Below are positions 5,346 to 8,106 of a DNA stretch of 8,106 nt, piece by piece. Below the pieces are notes generated by a model, which did no database searches, was not told where the DNA came from, and worked only from the letters and a program-made list of their open reading frames with translations. The DNA comes from Candidatus Nanopusillus sp. Lineage in GTDB: Archaea > Nanobdellota > Nanobdellia > Nanobdellales > Nanobdellaceae. Both the position numbers and the translations under genes were made by a program. Position 1 is the first letter of the stretch. Every line of letters begins with the position of its first letter. The stretch lies in assembly GCA_036845085.1 (NCBI GenBank), contig DAIUEN010000026.1:1-8106 (forward strand). Reading direction: 5' to 3'.

Positions 5346-6071
5346 TTATCTCGGTAATTCTTGATTTAACTCTTTCATTAACTTTTCAATCTCCCTTTCA
5401 TTGAAGTGCCAATCACGCAAACGCCACGACATTCTATAGAGTTTTTCTATTAATTTTTCTTCCTTTCCAATCAGTTTATATAAATTATTTAAATCTTTGA
5501 AAAAATTTTCGAATAGATTATTTCTCATAGGCTTTATTTTTACAAAAGCCCATCTAATAAGCTTGTTTTTCTCTTTAGAAAGTGACACAAGCTTCTCTAT
5601 CACACTTAAATCATTCAAATTATGTAAGAGGTTTTCTGCTTCATTTAATTTAGATCTCGCATGCCTAACTTTTTCTTCATCGATTTCTCCAGATTTTTCT
5701 GATCTTTCTAATTCTAGCAATGCTTCATGCAATACACCTAAACTTCTAGCAGTCTTTATTCTAAATATGTAAACGTCATGTAGCATTAAGGTTGTATATT
5801 GTAATATTTTTTGCATAATCTTATACATTAAATTTAGATAATTATTATTATTATTCATAGTCCCTGGATTTCCACCATGAATATTTTGGTTTATAGTCAT
5901 ATTACCATAATGTATTATAATATTTTTTTGTTTCTGAAGATTTTGTTGAAGAGATGATAATATATTTAATAATTTTTTTTCTTCTTTTTCATAGTCTCTT
6001 AATATTTTTTCTTCTTTTTTTATTATATTTTTTATTTTATTCATTATATTTTTTATATTCTTAACGACCAT
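5346..6071 (-). CDS. Hypothetical, predominantly helical K/E/N-rich protein (241 aa) with a G/N-rich linker
   Basis: ATG-initiated ORF that fills the whole interval between its neighbours. The coding strand is purine-rich, as in the other genes. It has heptad-like K/E/L/I segments interrupted by HGGNPGTMNNNNN (aa 65-77). I recognise no family. Confidence 0.7.
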   Translation of the reverse strand: MVVKNIKNIMNKIKNIIKKEEKILRDYEKEEKKLLNILSSLQQNLQKQKNIIIHYGNMTINQNIHGGNPGTMNNNNNYLNLMYKIMQKILQYTTLMLHDVYIFRIKTARSLGVLHEALLELERSEKSGEIDEEKVRHARSKLNEAENLLHNLNDLSVIEKLVSLSKEKNKLIRWAFVKIKPMRNNLFENFFKDLNNLYKLIGKEEKLIEKLYRMSWRLRDWHFNEREIEKLMKELNQELPR

Positions 6072-6132
6072 CCTAATAGCATTAATATATTTTCAATCTT
6101 TATATGTATTATACAAAAATATTATATTACCT
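6072..6132. promoter_or_regulatory. 61-bp divergent promoter region with one central quasi-palindromic TATA element
   Basis: ctttatatg (6098-6106) is centred at ~6102. That is the exact midpoint between the minus-strand ATG (6071) and the plus-strand ATG (6133), ~31 nt from each. Confidence 0.35.
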
Positions 6133-7290
6133 ATGGACGTATATGATAAACTAAATGAAAAAGTTAGAGAATTATTTCTTAAAAAATTTAAAGATTTTAA
6201 TCCTATTCAAAAATTGGCAATACCAAAGATATTAAATAATGAAAATACATTAATAGTAGCTCCAACAGGTTCTGGAAAGACAGAAGCTGCTTTTATACCA
6301 GTATTGAGTAAATTATTAGATGAAAAAGAAGATAAGAAAGGAATAAGAGCTATATACATAACTCCTTTAAGGGCTCTAAATAGAGATTTATTAGATAGAT
6401 TATACTGGTGGTGCGATAATTTAGGTATTAGTATAGCAATAAGGCATGGTGATACTTCTGCGTCGGAAAGAACTAAACAATCTTTTAGACCACCAGAATT
6501 TTTAATAACAACTCCAGAAACTTTCCAAATATTATTCTTAGGGAAAAGATTAAGAGAAAATATTAAAACAGTAAAGTTTGTTATAGTTGATGAATTACAT
6601 GAAATGTTAAATGATAAAAGAGGAGTACAATTATCTTTAGGATTAGAAAGATTAGTAAATTATTCTGGAGAATTTTTAAGAATTGGTTTATCAGCTACTA
6701 TTGGTGACTTAGATTTAGCTGCAAAATTCTTATTCGGATATAGAAATTATAGTATAGCTTATTGGTATGAAAATAAAAGGTATAGTATAGAAATATTATA
6801 TCCAAACATAGAAAATATCGACTACGAATTAGCGAAAAAAATTGGTATACATCCAAAAGTAGCCTGGAGTTTAAGAAAAATAAAAGATATAATTGATAAA
6901 CATAAATCTACTATAATTTTTGTAAATACTAGAGAAGCTGCAGAAATGTTAGTATCTAGATTTAAAAAATGGGATCCTGGATATTCAATAGAGATTCATC
7001 ATAGTTCTCTGTCAAAAGATGTAAGAGAAAGAAATGAGAAATTATTTAAAGAGGGAAAATTAAAAGCAATTATAGCAACTTCTTCATTAGAACTTGGTAT
7101 TGACATAGGACATGTAGATGCTGTAATACAATATATGTCTCCAAGACAAGTTATAAGAATAATACAAAGAGTTGGTAGAGCTGGGCATAAAATAGGGGAA
7201 ATATCTAAAGGTTATATTATCACTATGGACATAGATGATTATGCTGAAAGTTTAGCAATAAAAAAGTTTATAGAAAGTAAGAAAGATTAA
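6133..7290 (+). CDS. lhr: Lhr-type DExH-box helicase, N-terminal half only (RecA1+RecA2 core, 385 aa)
   Basis: All superfamily 2 helicase motifs are present: Q motif FNPIQ; I APTGSGKT (6259-6282); Ia YITPLRALNRD; Ib LITTPE; II DELH (6589-6600); III SAT; IV IIFVNTR; V ATSSLELGIDIG; VI QRVGRAGH (7165-7188). The Lhr-specific context is also there: RHGDTSASERTKQSFRPPEFLITTPETF and DELHEMLNDKRGVQLSLGLERL. The ORF ends 33 aa after motif VI, whereas Lhr-core proteins continue with WH and DEAD-associated domains. Confidence 0.9.
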   Translation: MDVYDKLNEKVRELFLKKFKDFNPIQKLAIPKILNNENTLIVAPTGSGKTEAAFIPVLSKLLDEKEDKKGIRAIYITPLRALNRDLLDRLYWWCDNLGISIAIRHGDTSASERTKQSFRPPEFLITTPETFQILFLGKRLRENIKTVKFVIVDELHEMLNDKRGVQLSLGLERLVNYSGEFLRIGLSATIGDLDLAAKFLFGYRNYSIAYWYENKRYSIEILYPNIENIDYELAKKIGIHPKVAWSLRKIKDIIDKHKSTIIFVNTREAAEMLVSRFKKWDPGYSIEIHHSSLSKDVRERNEKLFKEGKLKAIIATSSLELGIDIGHVDAVIQYMSPRQVIRIIQRVGRAGHKIGEISKGYIITMDIDDYAESLAIKKFIESKKD

Positions 7291-7291
7291 T

Positions 7292-8106
7292 CTATTTGTC
7301 TAAGTTGATTAAATTATCTAATGCTTCTATTTTATTTTTTGCATCCTCAGCTTCTTTTTTAACAATATCTCCATAATTTTTTAACGCGTTAAGAATTGCC
7401 ATCTCTACCTTTTTAGAACTTGGGACTCCTAAAGTTTTCCTCAACGATAATTCTAAATTACCTAAATTATTTTTAAGAGTCTTCTCTAAAACTAAAAATT
7501 TACTTATTTCTTTAACTACTACGTTATTATATAATTCTCTTATATTATCTATGTCTTTCTGTAATTCTTTATATTTATCAGATGTTATTATATTATTATA
7601 TGTATGATTTAATCTCGTTATTAACTCTTTTTTTTCATTTCCATCAAGATTTCCTAGACCATTTATCGTACCTATTATGGACTTCGCTATAGACTTTAAT
7701 TTCGGTATTGATTTAGGATCCTTGCGAAACTTTTTGACAACGGATCGTTCTAACTTTTTTATTTCGTTGATTAATGTGTTAATATCATTTTTCTTATTCT
7801 CGTCCTTTAGTTCATTAGAATATGTGGTATATTCACTGATTAAAGCTGATAAAAAATTTTTGTATAGTTCTTCCAACTTATTCATTATATCACTGTAGTT
7901 TCTTTTTACATTATGTAACTTATCTAATATACCTGACGCTTCTCTATCAACCATATTTACTCCAGCTGACACTATCTTCCATTCTGTTTCAGACAAACTT
8001 TTTCTCGATCCAAGAAGTTTTTTTTCACTTTCATTTCGAATTCTTTCAATGTCGCTATATCCGACCTTTGCTGCAGAGAATACAGACCTACCCCCATAGT
8101 ATGATA
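7292..8106 (-). CDS. Hypothetical coiled-coil protein, 5'-truncated by the window edge
   Basis: The ORF track starts this ORF at a TTG (7996-7994). I translated the frame upstream and found it stays open to nt 8106 (...YYGGRSVFSAAKVGYSDIERIRNESEKKLLGSRKS-L-SETEW...), so the true start is probably outside the window. The protein is K/E/N/L-rich with a heptad character. I recognise no family. Confidence 0.7.
   Translation of the reverse strand, partial: SYYGGRSVFSAAKVGYSDIERIRNESEKKLLGSRKSLSETEWKIVSAGVNMVDREASGILDKLHNVKRNYSDIMNKLEELYKNFLSALISEYTTYSNELKDENKKNDINTLINEIKKLERSVVKKFRKDPKSIPKLKSIAKSIIGTINGLGNLDGNEKKELITRLNHTYNNIITSDKYKELQKDIDNIRELYNNVVVKEISKFLVLEKTLKNNLGNLELSLRKTLGVPSSKKVEMAILNALKNYGDIVKKEAEDAKNKIEALDNLINLDK

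Noticed and set aside
5727-5747. R109-SLGVL-H115 (R-x5-H) in the 241-aa orphan, considered as a second HEPN motif
   Set aside because: A lone R-x(4-6)-H match occurs easily by chance in a helical K/R/E-rich protein, and I can see no supporting HEPN helix pattern. A profile search is needed before any such call.
5497-5772. 91-aa plus-strand ORF inside the 241-aa minus-strand gene; the same applies to 7677-7898 (+) inside the coiled-coil gene
   Set aside because: The same antisense-frame artefact (S/F/L-rich). The pyrimidine-rich strand is not the coding strand for any supported gene in this window.
5841-5855. Perfect (ATT)5 trinucleotide repeat encoding Asn5 on the minus strand, considered as a slippage or phase-variation site
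   Set aside because: It is short and in-frame, so slippage would only add or remove an Asn. It is of a kind expected in a genome this A+T-rich.
796-8106. Scan for CRISPR repeats, transposase/integrase genes, terminal inverted repeats, additional tRNAs, and known defence genes
   Set aside because: I noticed no periodic direct repeats, no recombinase-like ORF, and no further G+C-rich islands (which mark structured RNAs in this genome). Nearly all of the remaining sequence is taken up by the listed genes and short promoter spacers.

Overview
This window looks like part of a very small, extremely A+T-rich archaeal genome whose structural RNA is G+C-rich. For example, nt 1-60 have 41 G/C, while nt 2041-2100 have 15 G/C. 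That contrast is typical of hyperthermophiles. The 16S fragment has substitutions in normally invariant sites, of the kind reported for Nanoarchaeota, so my best guess is a Nanoarchaeum/Nanopusillus-like ectosymbiont (inference only).

Left to right, the window contains:
- The 5' ~647 nt of a 16S rRNA gene on the minus strand, which continues past nt 1.
- A ~150-nt G+C-rich structured leader.
- A 38-codon gene for ribosomal protein eL41 (838-954, minus). The ORF track missed it. It sits directly upstream of 16S in the same orientation.
- An orphan membrane protein with about 10 TM segments.
- A HIT-family protein whose histidine triad reads H-x-Y-x-Y.
- A 582-aa protein with a degenerate plus an intact minimal nucleotidyltransferase domain, fused to a HEPN-like domain.
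- Ribosomal protein L35Ae with a C-terminal tail. Its stop overlaps (TAATG) the start of a COG1407/PdeM-type metallophosphoesterase.
- An orphan helical protein on the minus strand.
- The RecA1+RecA2 half of an Lhr-type DExH helicase that stops just after motif VI (candidate split gene).
- A 5'-truncated coiled-coil ORF that runs off the right edge.

Gene packing is extreme. Convergent genes are separated by 0 and 1 nt. TATA-like boxes lie ~25-31 nt upstream of most start codons, which suggests leaderless mRNAs.

There is no G+C-rich island beyond nt ~795, so I call no tRNA or other structured RNA there. I found no CRISPR array, mobile element or recognisable defence island.

I do not see a clear-cut novel system. 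The best candidates for follow-up are the HIT-like + NTase/HEPN gene pair, the metallophosphoesterase + half-Lhr repair module, and the eL41-16S arrangement.
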